A stretch of 16,638 nt of DNA from an uncultured archaeon (lineage in GTDB: Archaea; Aenigmatarchaeota; Aenigmatarchaeia; CG10238-14), in NCBI GenBank assembly GCA_964392445.1, contig CAYMPD010000016.1, positions 9,858 through 26,495 on the forward strand, read 5' to 3'. Each line of letters begins with the position of its first letter. The stretch's first letter is position 1. Under the pieces are notes generated by a model. The model saw nothing but the letters and a program-made list of their open reading frames with translations, was not told where the DNA came from and ran no database searches. This document shows positions 1 through 7,688 of this stretch, piece by piece. Position numbers and translations under genes: made by a program.

Positions 1-659
1 GACATCATATAAACAAATCTCATGTTTAAATTCAAGAAATCATTGTCTTTTTTATAATTTCCTATAATAGTGGGGATAAAATGTTTTTCTCCTTCTTGAA
101 TATCAGAATCGTAAAATGAAAATAAGGTTACAAGTTTCCATTTATTTCCCTTATTTGGTAAGTAGTGAATAAAGTCAAATAGAGGTAAATCTCCCGTAAT
201 TTTATCATTTTTAATAAGTTTTATTAGAAAATTTTCAAGGTTTTTATCCTTTCTTATATCTGAGAAACTAAGTAGAGCGGGCAACTCATCATATGAATTA
301 ACGCTTTTCTGGGGTATCATTAAATTCACTGCAGTTGTTATTTTATTTTCCTTTCTAACAGAGATAGAATGTAGTTTCTGGTTTATCTGATTTTTCACTG
401 CTGGTAATTTTGGTGTATATCCATATATGACATCTATTCCCTTTCTTTTTTTAGATTCAAAGAAATGAATTTTAGGTTTGGATCGAAATTTTTCAATTAA
501 AACTAAGTATTTTTCATTATCTTTGGAATATTCACATCCCAATCTAATTGGACTACTTTTTTTATAATAGTTTAAAAAGAAATTTCCAGGACGATATCCG
601 GAATCTTTCATATTCGGTAATGAACTTAAAATATCTGCTGCATTTTCATTGATTTCCAT
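1..659 (-). CDS. Hypothetical protein, >=219 aa, runs off the left edge of the window
   Basis: Hand translation of the minus strand from ATG at 659 is stop-free to the window edge (MEINENAADILSSLPNMKDSGYRPGNFFLNYYKKSSPIRLGCEY...FLNLNMRFVYMM). Divergent from hxsD across 39 bp. No family motif recognised. Not in the ORF track because no stop lies in the window. Confidence 0.8.
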   Translation of the reverse strand, partial: MEINENAADILSSLPNMKDSGYRPGNFFLNYYKKSSPIRLGCEYSKDNEKYLVLIEKFRSKPKIHFFESKKRKGIDVIYGYTPKLPAVKNQINQKLHSISVRKENKITTAVNLMIPQKSVNSYDELPALLSFSDIRKDKNLENFLIKLIKNDKITGDLPLFDFIHYLPNKGNKWKLVTLFSFYDSDIQEGEKHFIPTIIGNYKKDNDFLNLNMRFVYMM

Positions 660-698
660 AACTTAAGTATAAATTTTAAAAATTAAATTAATTAACTT
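660..698. promoter_or_regulatory. Very short bidirectional AT-rich promoter region, probably driving leaderless transcripts
   Basis: 39 bp between two divergent ATGs, almost entirely A/T, with TATA-like TATAAATT (668-675) and TTTAAAAA (675-682). No room for a Shine-Dalgarno leader. Confidence 0.45.
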
Positions 699-944
699 AT
701 GAGACCTATTGAAGTTTCAAGTAATAAATCAAGGATATTTTTTAATACCGAAATTTATGACATGTATCCAATCACAAAGGTTTGTGAGAGATTTGAAGAT
801 GTAGTTAAAATTAAATTAAGGCTCCTTAGGGATGAAGGTTTAATAGAAATTACATTAAAACCGAAAAGTTCCGACGATCTAGAAAAAACTACTTATGAGT
901 TTTGTAATCATGTTCTACATGAACAGACCATGGTGTTAAAGTGA
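699..944 (+). CDS. hxsD: HxsD-like protein (short form, 81 aa)
   Basis: F-N-T-E-I-Y near the N-terminus and I-T-L-K-P-K...E-F-C-N-H-V-L near the C-terminus match the HxsD pattern and align by eye with 12090-12641 (INPKIY...IKPK...DFNNELL). Two genes upstream of hxsB. Confidence 0.7.
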   Translation: MRPIEVSSNKSRIFFNTEIYDMYPITKVCERFEDVVKIKLRLLRDEGLIEITLKPKSSDDLEKTTYEFCNHVLHEQTMVLK

Positions 945-987
945 ATATAGAATTTTCCTCATCACCTAAAAAATATATTCACGGCTA

Positions 988-1848
988 TTGGATAAGACAG
1001 AAAGTCCAGAGGTAACAATAAGTAATACAAAGAAAGCATTGAAAAAAGCCGGTTTGGAGGTTGATTTGACCGACATAACAAATCATTATTTTCTTGAGAT
1101 TCCGGCCTATACTTGTGATCTTGTCAAAGGGAATTTTCATGGTCCTGTGGGGGGGGGTTCAAGGAGTTGGGGTAAGGGACTCACTGAAGAAGAGGTAAAA
1201 GTAAGTACTTTAATGGAGTTTATCGAAAGGAGGACTGGGAACTTGTATTTTATTGATAAAGAAAATACAATTCAGTCTAGTGAAACCGTTTTTGATAGTT
1301 ATGTCAACATAAAGGAAAAAAAGCTCCCTCTCGATCCTTTGATTTATCATAGTGAAGCTAAAGAAGATTATAAAAAACTCCGTAGTCTTATTTCAAAAAG
1401 TAAAATGCGTTATACTAAGTATTATTCTTTGAATGAGGAGAAATGGAAGTTTTTGCCAGATAAATGGCACCTCTTTTTCCATGGAACTAATGGTTTGGCC
1501 GCGGGGAACACACTAGAAGAAGTTCTACTTCAGGCAATGTATGAAGTAATAGAGCGACATAACACAGCAAAAACACTTGAAATTCCTGTAAAAAGATTGG
1601 ATATAAATGATAAAGGTATGGAAATATTACAGGACGTCATGCGTAAGTTCAGTAGAAAGGGAATAAAGGTCAGTCTTTTTGATATTACAACTGATATAAA
1701 AATTCCTACTATCTATTGTGCTTTTTTAGATGAAAACGAGAAAGGACAATTAAGATACGCTCAAGGATGGGGTACGATACTTAATGAAATAGAAAAGTGC
1801 GTGCTCAAATTACAAAAAAGGGATATGAGGTTTTATTTAAGAATATAA
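988..1848 (+). CDS. ycaO: YcaO-family ATP-dependent peptide backbone-modifying enzyme, main ORF; appears internally deleted and frameshifted
   Basis: Motifs SWGKGLTEEEVKVSTLMEFIERR and GTNGLAAGNTLEEVLLQAMYEVIERH match YcaO signatures. The usual RAxxExxQ motif after G-x-G-T is absent. The last ~11 residues (RDMRFYLRI) look like out-of-frame tail. The start is a TTG and may not be the true start (see findings). Confidence 0.85.
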   Translation: MDKTESPEVTISNTKKALKKAGLEVDLTDITNHYFLEIPAYTCDLVKGNFHGPVGGGSRSWGKGLTEEEVKVSTLMEFIERRTGNLYFIDKENTIQSSETVFDSYVNIKEKKLPLDPLIYHSEAKEDYKKLRSLISKSKMRYTKYYSLNEEKWKFLPDKWHLFFHGTNGLAAGNTLEEVLLQAMYEVIERHNTAKTLEIPVKRLDINDKGMEILQDVMRKFSRKGIKVSLFDITTDIKIPTIYCAFLDENEKGQLRYAQGWGTILNEIEKCVLKLQKRDMRFYLRI

Positions 1849-1973
1849 CATCAAAAGAACTCGATATCCCAGTTGTTTATGTTGTTTGTACTAACACAAT
1901 CAGAAATGAAAGCATGACAACACCTAGAAATGAACCTATAAAGCAGAGACTGTTGAACTTTTTATCGAATTGA
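1812..1973 (+). pseudogene. YcaO C-terminal segment displaced into another reading frame
   Basis: The frame starting at 1812 reads TKKGYEVLFKNITSKELDIPVVYVVCTNTIRNESMTTPRNEPIKQRLLNFLSN, stop TGA 1971-1973. This resembles the YcaO C-terminal G-x-E-V...[DN]-x-T...I-P-V-V element. One extra A in the A6 run at 1814-1819 would join it to the main ORF (...CVLKLQKKGYEV...). Confidence 0.65.
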
Positions 1974-2074
1974 TTTTTAAATGAATTTTAGATATTTATT
2001 TAATAGTTAATCACGCACTATGTTGAGTCCTGATCTAGAGTATACCTTGAAGATTTTGGGATTATACTAGTAAA

Positions 2075-2082
2075 TTTTTATA
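2075..2082 (+). promoter_or_regulatory. Putative archaeal TATA box for hxsB
   Basis: TTTTTATA ends 23 nt before the ATG at 2106, the spacing expected for a leaderless archaeal transcript. AT-rich background lowers significance. Confidence 0.4.
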
Positions 2083-2105
2083 GTTTAATTTTATCAATAT
2101 ATGTT

Positions 2106-3545
2106 ATGGCTTTTACCTATTCATCAGATTTTAAGGGTTATGTATTGAATAAGTATTCTAATATGAAATTAGATAAGGATAAAATTTTATTGACGACTAA
2201 TCACGGGGGTTGGGTAATTTTAGATAATGATGAGTTTGAACTTCTGAGGCATGGGAAAGTAGAAGAGGATATAAAATTATACAATCTCTTGAAACAGGAA
2301 GGCATAATAATGGGTGGAGATGAGATTGATAGAATATCTGGTTTTTATAAACAAAAATTAGCTCAATTGTCTACAGCTACAACATTGCATATAATTACTC
2401 CTACTTTGAGGTGTAATCATAAATGTGTTTATTGTTATGCAAAATCGAAACCTCCAGATGCTAAGGAATATGATATGGATGAAGATACTGCTAAAGAGGT
2501 AGTTGATTTTATTTTTCAATGCCCTTCTAAAGGCATCACTTTGGAATTTCAAGGTGGTGAACCATTATTGAATTATTCTATTATAAAATTCATCGTAGAT
2601 TATGCGAACAAATTAAACGAGGAGAAAAAGAAAAAAATAAATTTTAGATTAGTCACCAATTTAACCCTGATGGACGAAGAAAAGTTAGAATGGTTTGTGA
2701 ATAATGATATCGGCCTCCATACTTCACTTGATGGTCCTAAGGAGGTGCATAATAAGAATAGAAAATACTTAAGTGGTAAAGGAAGCTATGATATTGTCGT
2801 TGATTGGATTAAGAAATTGAAAGAGAAAAACATACATATTTCTTGTATGCCCACGGTAACCAAATATTCATTATCACACTGGAAGGATTTGATAGATGAA
2901 TATGTGAATTTGGGTTTAGATAATTTTTGGTTGAGGAAATTGAATGTAGGTGGATTTGCCGTAGATTATTGGGAAAAAATAGGTTACACTTCGGAAGAAT
3001 TTTTGAAATTTTGGAAGAAATCAATTGATTATATTTTCCAATTAAATAAAGAGGGCATAGTTATAATTGAGAATTCCTTAAGTATAATGCTGAGGAACAT
3101 ATTATTTTCAAAGAAATATAATCATTTTGTTTGTCTTACCTCACCTTGTGGTTGTGCTTGGGGACAAGTCAGTTATAACCATAAAGGGGATATATATACT
3201 TGTGACGAAGCAAGAAGTTTTGACGTTTTCAAATTAGGAAATGTTAAGGAAACTACTTATAAAGAATTATATTCTTCTTGGAAAGTGCTTGATATGGTAG
3301 ATTTAACAACGGGTTTATCTTTTGATTGCCAGTCCTGTGTTTATCATCCATTTTGTGGACCTTGTATAGTTGATGAGTATGGTGAGCATGGAAATATAAT
3401 CAAAAAACCCAATTCCTTTAATTGTAGAATAAAGAAAGGTATGTTAAGGTACATATTTGAGAAAATAATCTTAGATGAAGAGAAGTTTCAAATGGCTAAA
3501 GAGTGGGTTGGGTTGAAGAGTAAAAATATACCACATACACCTTAG
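2106..3545 (+). CDS. hxsB: His-Xaa-Ser system radical SAM/SPASM maturase HxsB (479 aa)
   Basis: LHIITPTLRCNHKCVYC (CxxxCxxC), ITLEFQGGEPLLN, TSLDGP...HNKNR, SPCG, YTCDEAR and a SPASM-type CQSCVYHPFCGPC...C. The N-terminal LLTTNHGGW extension is typical of HxsB. Context has HxsD-like and HxS-repeat genes. Confidence 0.88.
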   Translation: MAFTYSSDFKGYVLNKYSNMKLDKDKILLTTNHGGWVILDNDEFELLRHGKVEEDIKLYNLLKQEGIIMGGDEIDRISGFYKQKLAQLSTATTLHIITPTLRCNHKCVYCYAKSKPPDAKEYDMDEDTAKEVVDFIFQCPSKGITLEFQGGEPLLNYSIIKFIVDYANKLNEEKKKKINFRLVTNLTLMDEEKLEWFVNNDIGLHTSLDGPKEVHNKNRKYLSGKGSYDIVVDWIKKLKEKNIHISCMPTVTKYSLSHWKDLIDEYVNLGLDNFWLRKLNVGGFAVDYWEKIGYTSEEFLKFWKKSIDYIFQLNKEGIVIIENSLSIMLRNILFSKKYNHFVCLTSPCGCAWGQVSYNHKGDIYTCDEARSFDVFKLGNVKETTYKELYSSWKVLDMVDLTTGLSFDCQSCVYHPFCGPCIVDEYGEHGNIIKKPNSFNCRIKKGMLRYIFEKIILDEEKFQMAKEWVGLKSKNIPHTP

Positions 3546-4543
3546 TTTTTATTAGGGAATTTAATTACTCTATTAACCATTTTTTCATAAAAGTCATGCT
3601 TACCTTCATTTCTTAGATTTATTATTTTGTTTAGAAAGTCATCTAATGAGCGATTATCAATTATAGTATCTTTAATTTCTAAGTATTTTGGAATTGGGCC
3701 AGCTAGAATATCTAATAGATTCCCGTCATATTTCTCGTTTAGATAGAACCTAACTACGTCTTTTATCCATTCATTTGGCATTGTTCTACCAACAATTTTA
3801 AAATAATCTGTGATTTTCTTGTATTTCTTAAGATCTTCTGGTCTTATCCACCCTGATTTCAATATAGTACTTGGATTTCTCGCCCTTTCTCTAATACATA
3901 TTTCAGAAGCAAAATCTATGAAGTCTTCACTGGATCTTGAAAGATGAGAAGTATAGTTATTGTGTACAATTCTATAGGGACATTTCCACAAACAACCTTC
4001 ATTAACCATTAATCTAATTTTTAAGTTTGTCCCCTCTTTTATTTTTTTGAGCATATTGAAATCTCTATTAATATCATTAGGAACTATTGTCGTTGCTCCC
4101 AAATTTTCATAATATTTTGCTTTTTCTAATGAATCAATACAACAAAAAGCTGATGCTATGATTTCCATATCTTTAAATTCTTTTTTTGTTTTTTGTATGT
4201 AGAGAGGATTGGAAAAAATCGCCCCATTCACCCCAATTTTTCTCATTTTTTTAATAAAGTTTAAAGTTCTTGAAATGAAAGTTACATTATACCAGTCTAA
4301 ACCTTCACAGGTTGAGTTAAACGCCAAATCTACTTTGTAAGAGTATTTTTTACAGAATTTAATCACTTTTCTGATGTGGTCGGGATTTATTTTTTTTACA
4401 TCTCTCCCAGAACCGAATATATCCTGAGGAGCTGAAAGGTAAATCCCCTCTATTCTATTTTTTCCTCCTCTATTTAATTGAACTATCTTTTCCAAGGTTT
4501 CAAAATCATTGTTATATGGAATGGAAAAATTTAATTCGGGCAT
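3542..4543 (-). CDS. U32 peptidase-like family Fe-S protein, copy A (333 aa); candidate hydroxylase
   Basis: NSTC, DINRD, LMVNEGCLWKCPYRIVH, WIRPEDL and FKIVGR fit the U32 family with its Cys cluster and K-x-x-G-R motif. Its stop overlaps the hxsB stop by 4 nt (TTAG 3542-3545). Confidence 0.8.
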   Translation of the reverse strand: MPELNFSIPYNNDFETLEKIVQLNRGGKNRIEGIYLSAPQDIFGSGRDVKKINPDHIRKVIKFCKKYSYKVDLAFNSTCEGLDWYNVTFISRTLNFIKKMRKIGVNGAIFSNPLYIQKTKKEFKDMEIIASAFCCIDSLEKAKYYENLGATTIVPNDINRDFNMLKKIKEGTNLKIRLMVNEGCLWKCPYRIVHNNYTSHLSRSSEDFIDFASEICIRERARNPSTILKSGWIRPEDLKKYKKITDYFKIVGRTMPNEWIKDVVRFYLNEKYDGNLLDILAGPIPKYLEIKDTIIDNRSLDDFLNKIINLRNEGKHDFYEKMVNRVIKFPNKN

Positions 4544-4603
4544 AGCATCAAAAGGTTAATTGATATTAATAAACATAAGTTTTTCCTTTTAAATATAGGA
4601 TAT
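4544..4603. promoter_or_regulatory. Divergent promoter region between U32-A and radical SAM 1
   Basis: 60 bp. Minus-strand TTTATTAA (4566-4573) ends 22 nt before the U32-A ATG. AGGA precedes the plus-strand ATG at 4604. Confidence 0.45.
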
Positions 4604-5596
4604 ATGTCTGGTAGAATTGACCTTCAACTTGGATATTCTTGCAATAGTAATTGTATCCATTGTTTTAATTTGGATATTATTAGGGAATTAAGAGGTAGGG
4701 GTAAAAGCCTGGATAAAAGTATGAGTGAAATAAAAAAAATAATACTTAAAGCTAAGGAAGAAGGTATTGGGGAAGTGGTTCTAACAGGTGGTGAACCTAC
4801 TATCAGGAAAGACTTTTTGGAAATACTTAGGTTTATTAAGGAGAATGAATTTAAAATTAGTTTACAAACTAACGGGAGAATGTTTTCTTCGCAGGACTTT
4901 ACTAAAAAAGTTTCCTCGATAGCCCCAGATATAGGACTTTTGATACCCATTCATCATGTGAATCCTAAAATTCATGATTCGGTGACAAGAGTAAAGGGAT
5001 CTTGGGCTGAAACCATGAAAGGTATAAATTACCTCAAGAAATATGAAATTGATAATATCTTTTTCAAGACAATAATTTTAAAACAGAATTATAGAAATTT
5101 AATAGATATAACAGAATATGCCAATACAATTGGGATAAATAATATTGATTTTGCATTTTTGGAAGGTAGTGGTCGGGCTAGAAAGAATTGGTTTAAAATA
5201 GCCCCACATTATTCAGAAATAGCTCATCCACTAAAGGACTCAATAAAGCTTGGTAATAAATGGGGGATGAATATCAGTGTTTACGACGTCCCTTTTTGTT
5301 TTTTAAAAGGATTTGAGTCGCATATATCAGAGATAAAAAGTTATGTGATTCCATATTTAAGCGGAAATTTCCCGAAAAGAATATCATCAAGTAGGAGTGA
5401 TAATATAATTGAGGAACTTGTTTTAAAGAGGAGAAAGAAAATAGAAAAATGTACATCATGTAAGTATTTTAAGGTATGTCTTGGTGTATGGTCAGAATAC
5501 ATAGAGTTTTATGGAGGTAGTGAGTTTAAACCAGTTAAGGGTGAAAAAATAAGCAATATTAGAGATTTAAGAACTCTTTTAGAAGAATCAAATTAA
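4604..5596 (+). CDS. HxsC-like radical SAM protein, paralogue 1 (330 aa)
   Basis: GYSCNSNCIHC, LTGGEPTIR, QTNGRMF, HDSVTRVKGSW, LEGSGRARKN, VPFC and C-terminal CTSCKYFKVCLGVW...EFKP. Confidence 0.85.
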   Translation: MSGRIDLQLGYSCNSNCIHCFNLDIIRELRGRGKSLDKSMSEIKKIILKAKEEGIGEVVLTGGEPTIRKDFLEILRFIKENEFKISLQTNGRMFSSQDFTKKVSSIAPDIGLLIPIHHVNPKIHDSVTRVKGSWAETMKGINYLKKYEIDNIFFKTIILKQNYRNLIDITEYANTIGINNIDFAFLEGSGRARKNWFKIAPHYSEIAHPLKDSIKLGNKWGMNISVYDVPFCFLKGFESHISEIKSYVIPYLSGNFPKRISSSRSDNIIEELVLKRRKKIEKCTSCKYFKVCLGVWSEYIEFYGGSEFKPVKGEKISNIRDLRTLLEESN

Positions 5597-5639
5597 GGAT
5601 TAAATAAATGAAAATCGTTTTGATAAATGGGATGGTTGA

Positions 5640-6605
5640 ATGAAATCAATGACTATGGTATTAGGTTATACATGTAATAATAATTGCATTTTTTGTATAT
5701 TTGGAGATCAGAAACATAAGGGTATAAGGAAAAGTGCAGAGGTAAAAAAAAGGCTAAAAGATATGAGGAAACAGACCTCTAGTATAAATTTTACAGGTGG
5801 TGATCTGACAATCAGGAAGGATTTTTTTGATATTTTGGATTTTGTAAAACAATTGAATTTCTCGGATGTTTCTATTGAAACTAACGGGAGAATGTTCTCT
5901 TCACGGATTTTTACTAAGCGTGTTTTAGCAATTTTCCCTAACATGAGATTTTCTATAAGTGTGTATCACATTAACCCTGAAATTCATGATTCAGTAACAA
6001 GGGTAAAAGGGTCTTGGGATCAGACTGTAAATGGGATAAAGAACATTATAAGCCATGAGAATAATAACATAACAATAGCTTTTGTTGTCGGGAAGTTCAA
6101 TTATAAAATATTACCTTCGGCTGTGGATTTTTTTTCTGATCTGGGAGTTCAAATTTTAGATTTTATTTTGATAAGAAAAGAAGGTGCTGCAAAAGATAAT
6201 TTCGATGATATTGGTGTAAGGATTAGTAAAGTTGTTCCATATTTAACCAAGGCTTTTGATAAGTTGGATAAAACCAATTTAACCGTGAGATCTTATGGAT
6301 TTCCTTTCTGTACTTTAAAGGGGTATGAAAGACATGTTCAAGAATTAGGGTTGATAGAGGCTACATTGGAGGGGCGGAAATCAATTTTCGATTTTGATGA
6401 TCACATTCAAGATCAATTTAGAGAAAGGTTAAGGGGGAGAAGATCTAAATTCAAGAAATGTATGAATTGTAAGTATTACAATATCTGTGAGGGGGTTTGG
6501 ACCCATTATGTTGAGACTTTTGGAAAGGACGAATTTAATCCAGTCCGTGGAGAGAAAATACAAACAAAGAACGAATTAGAGAAATTATTAAAGAACTCTA
6601 GATGA
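5640..6605 (+). CDS. HxsC-like radical SAM protein, paralogue 2 (321 aa)
   Basis: GYTCNNNCIFC, FTGGDLTIR, ETNGRMF, HDSVTRVKGSW, FPFC and CMNCKYYNICEGVW...EFNP. Confidence 0.85.
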   Translation: MKSMTMVLGYTCNNNCIFCIFGDQKHKGIRKSAEVKKRLKDMRKQTSSINFTGGDLTIRKDFFDILDFVKQLNFSDVSIETNGRMFSSRIFTKRVLAIFPNMRFSISVYHINPEIHDSVTRVKGSWDQTVNGIKNIISHENNNITIAFVVGKFNYKILPSAVDFFSDLGVQILDFILIRKEGAAKDNFDDIGVRISKVVPYLTKAFDKLDKTNLTVRSYGFPFCTLKGYERHVQELGLIEATLEGRKSIFDFDDHIQDQFRERLRGRRSKFKKCMNCKYYNICEGVWTHYVETFGKDEFNPVRGEKIQTKNELEKLLKNSR

Positions 6606-6607
6606 TT

Positions 6608-7555
6608 TTAAAATATCTCTTTTGCTAAATTATTACAATAATGGCACTTGGAACAATTTTTATCACAGCTGGTGACTTTATCAAAAAAATCATATGGAAC
6701 TTTTTTGAAGAACTCTGGCATAGAGTCATTTGTTTTCTCCATTAAATAACTTTTGGTTTGTTCTAATATGTTTTTTGTTGGTAATGTTCTACCTTCTATC
6801 TTAAAAAAATTAGTTATTTTCTTATATTTCTTAAGATCCTCTGGTCTTATCCAGGGTGATTTTAGTAATTGTGATGGATCTAGACTCTCTATTTTTCTAC
6901 ATATACCGAATGGATCAAATTCCTCTTCATAGCTTTCTATTGAATAATGAGAAGTGTAATTTTTATGAAATATTCTAAAAGGGCACCTGTAAAGACAAAC
7001 TTCATCTACAAGAAGTTTTAATTCACATCCAACTTCTTTAATGTTTTTTAATTTTTTTAGATTTCTATTAATATCTCTATCTGGAGTTATAGTGTCGGTA
7101 CCAAACTTTTTAAAAAATAAAGCTCTCTGAACAGAAGCTATCTCGGATATTACCGATGTTGTAATTTTTGTATCTGGACATTCTTGCCTAATTTTTTGGA
7201 GGTATAAAGGATTAGCTATGGTGACAGAATCTAATCCCTCTCTTCTCATTCTTTTAATGAAATTTACGGTTTTACTGACTCTAGTTGGTTCGTACCATTC
7301 TATACCTTCGCAAATTGAGTTCAAGATTAAGTTGACCTCTATACCATTATTATGACAAAATTTTATAACATCGATTAAGTCCTTTTTCGTGAATTTGGTT
7401 GTAACCCTACATGAACCAGAAATTTTTTGGGGGCCCGACAAATATATCTCTTTAATTTCATTCCCATTTATTTTTTTTACCTTTATGAGTTCTTCTAGTA
7501 GTTTGAAATCATTGTTATATGGGACAGACAAGTTTATATTTACCAAGTTGAACAC
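6608..7555 (-). CDS. U32 peptidase-like family Fe-S protein, copy B (~312-315 aa); candidate hydroxylase
   Basis: NSIC, DRDINRN, LLVDEVCLYRCPFRIFH, WIRPEDL, FKIEGR and a C-terminal CDKNCSKCHYC. The start may be TTG at 7546 rather than GTG 7555: it gives MVNINLSVPYNNDF, colinear with MPELNFSIPYNNDF of copy A, and is preceded by SD-like AGGTG. Confidence 0.8.
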   Translation of the reverse strand: MFNLVNINLSVPYNNDFKLLEELIKVKKINGNEIKEIYLSGPQKISGSCRVTTKFTKKDLIDVIKFCHNNGIEVNLILNSICEGIEWYEPTRVSKTVNFIKRMRREGLDSVTIANPLYLQKIRQECPDTKITTSVISEIASVQRALFFKKFGTDTITPDRDINRNLKKLKNIKEVGCELKLLVDEVCLYRCPFRIFHKNYTSHYSIESYEEEFDPFGICRKIESLDPSQLLKSPWIRPEDLKKYKKITNFFKIEGRTLPTKNILEQTKSYLMEKTNDSMPEFFKKVPYDFFDKVTSCDKNCSKCHYCNNLAKEIF

Positions 7556-7688
7556 CTAACTTTACTAAATTTTGGATAAATATTCATTTAATCTATATGT
7601 ATTTTATTTATGAATTTAACTATAGATAATAATAATGAGTTGTTTGAAAAGATACTCTCTTGGGCTTTGCTAAACTAAATTGTAAAAA

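Noticed and set aside
1974-2105. Tiny ORF at 2020 (MLSPDLEYTLKILGLY) as a second precursor; likewise MSCLKRYSLGLC in the 7556-7688 gap
   Set aside because: Too short, with no HxS motifs, leader similarity or ribosome-binding signal. Such ORFs are expected by chance.
2106-3545. Anaerobic sulfatase maturase annotation for the SPASM protein
   Set aside because: No sulfatase is present in the window, and the HxsB-specific motifs and hxsD/HxS-peptide context fit better.
3542-7555. Literal 'collagenase/protease' role for the U32 proteins as leader peptidases
   Set aside because: The characterised U32 members I know are Fe-S hydroxylases and the Cys motifs are retained here. A proteolytic role is not excluded but has no support in the sequence.
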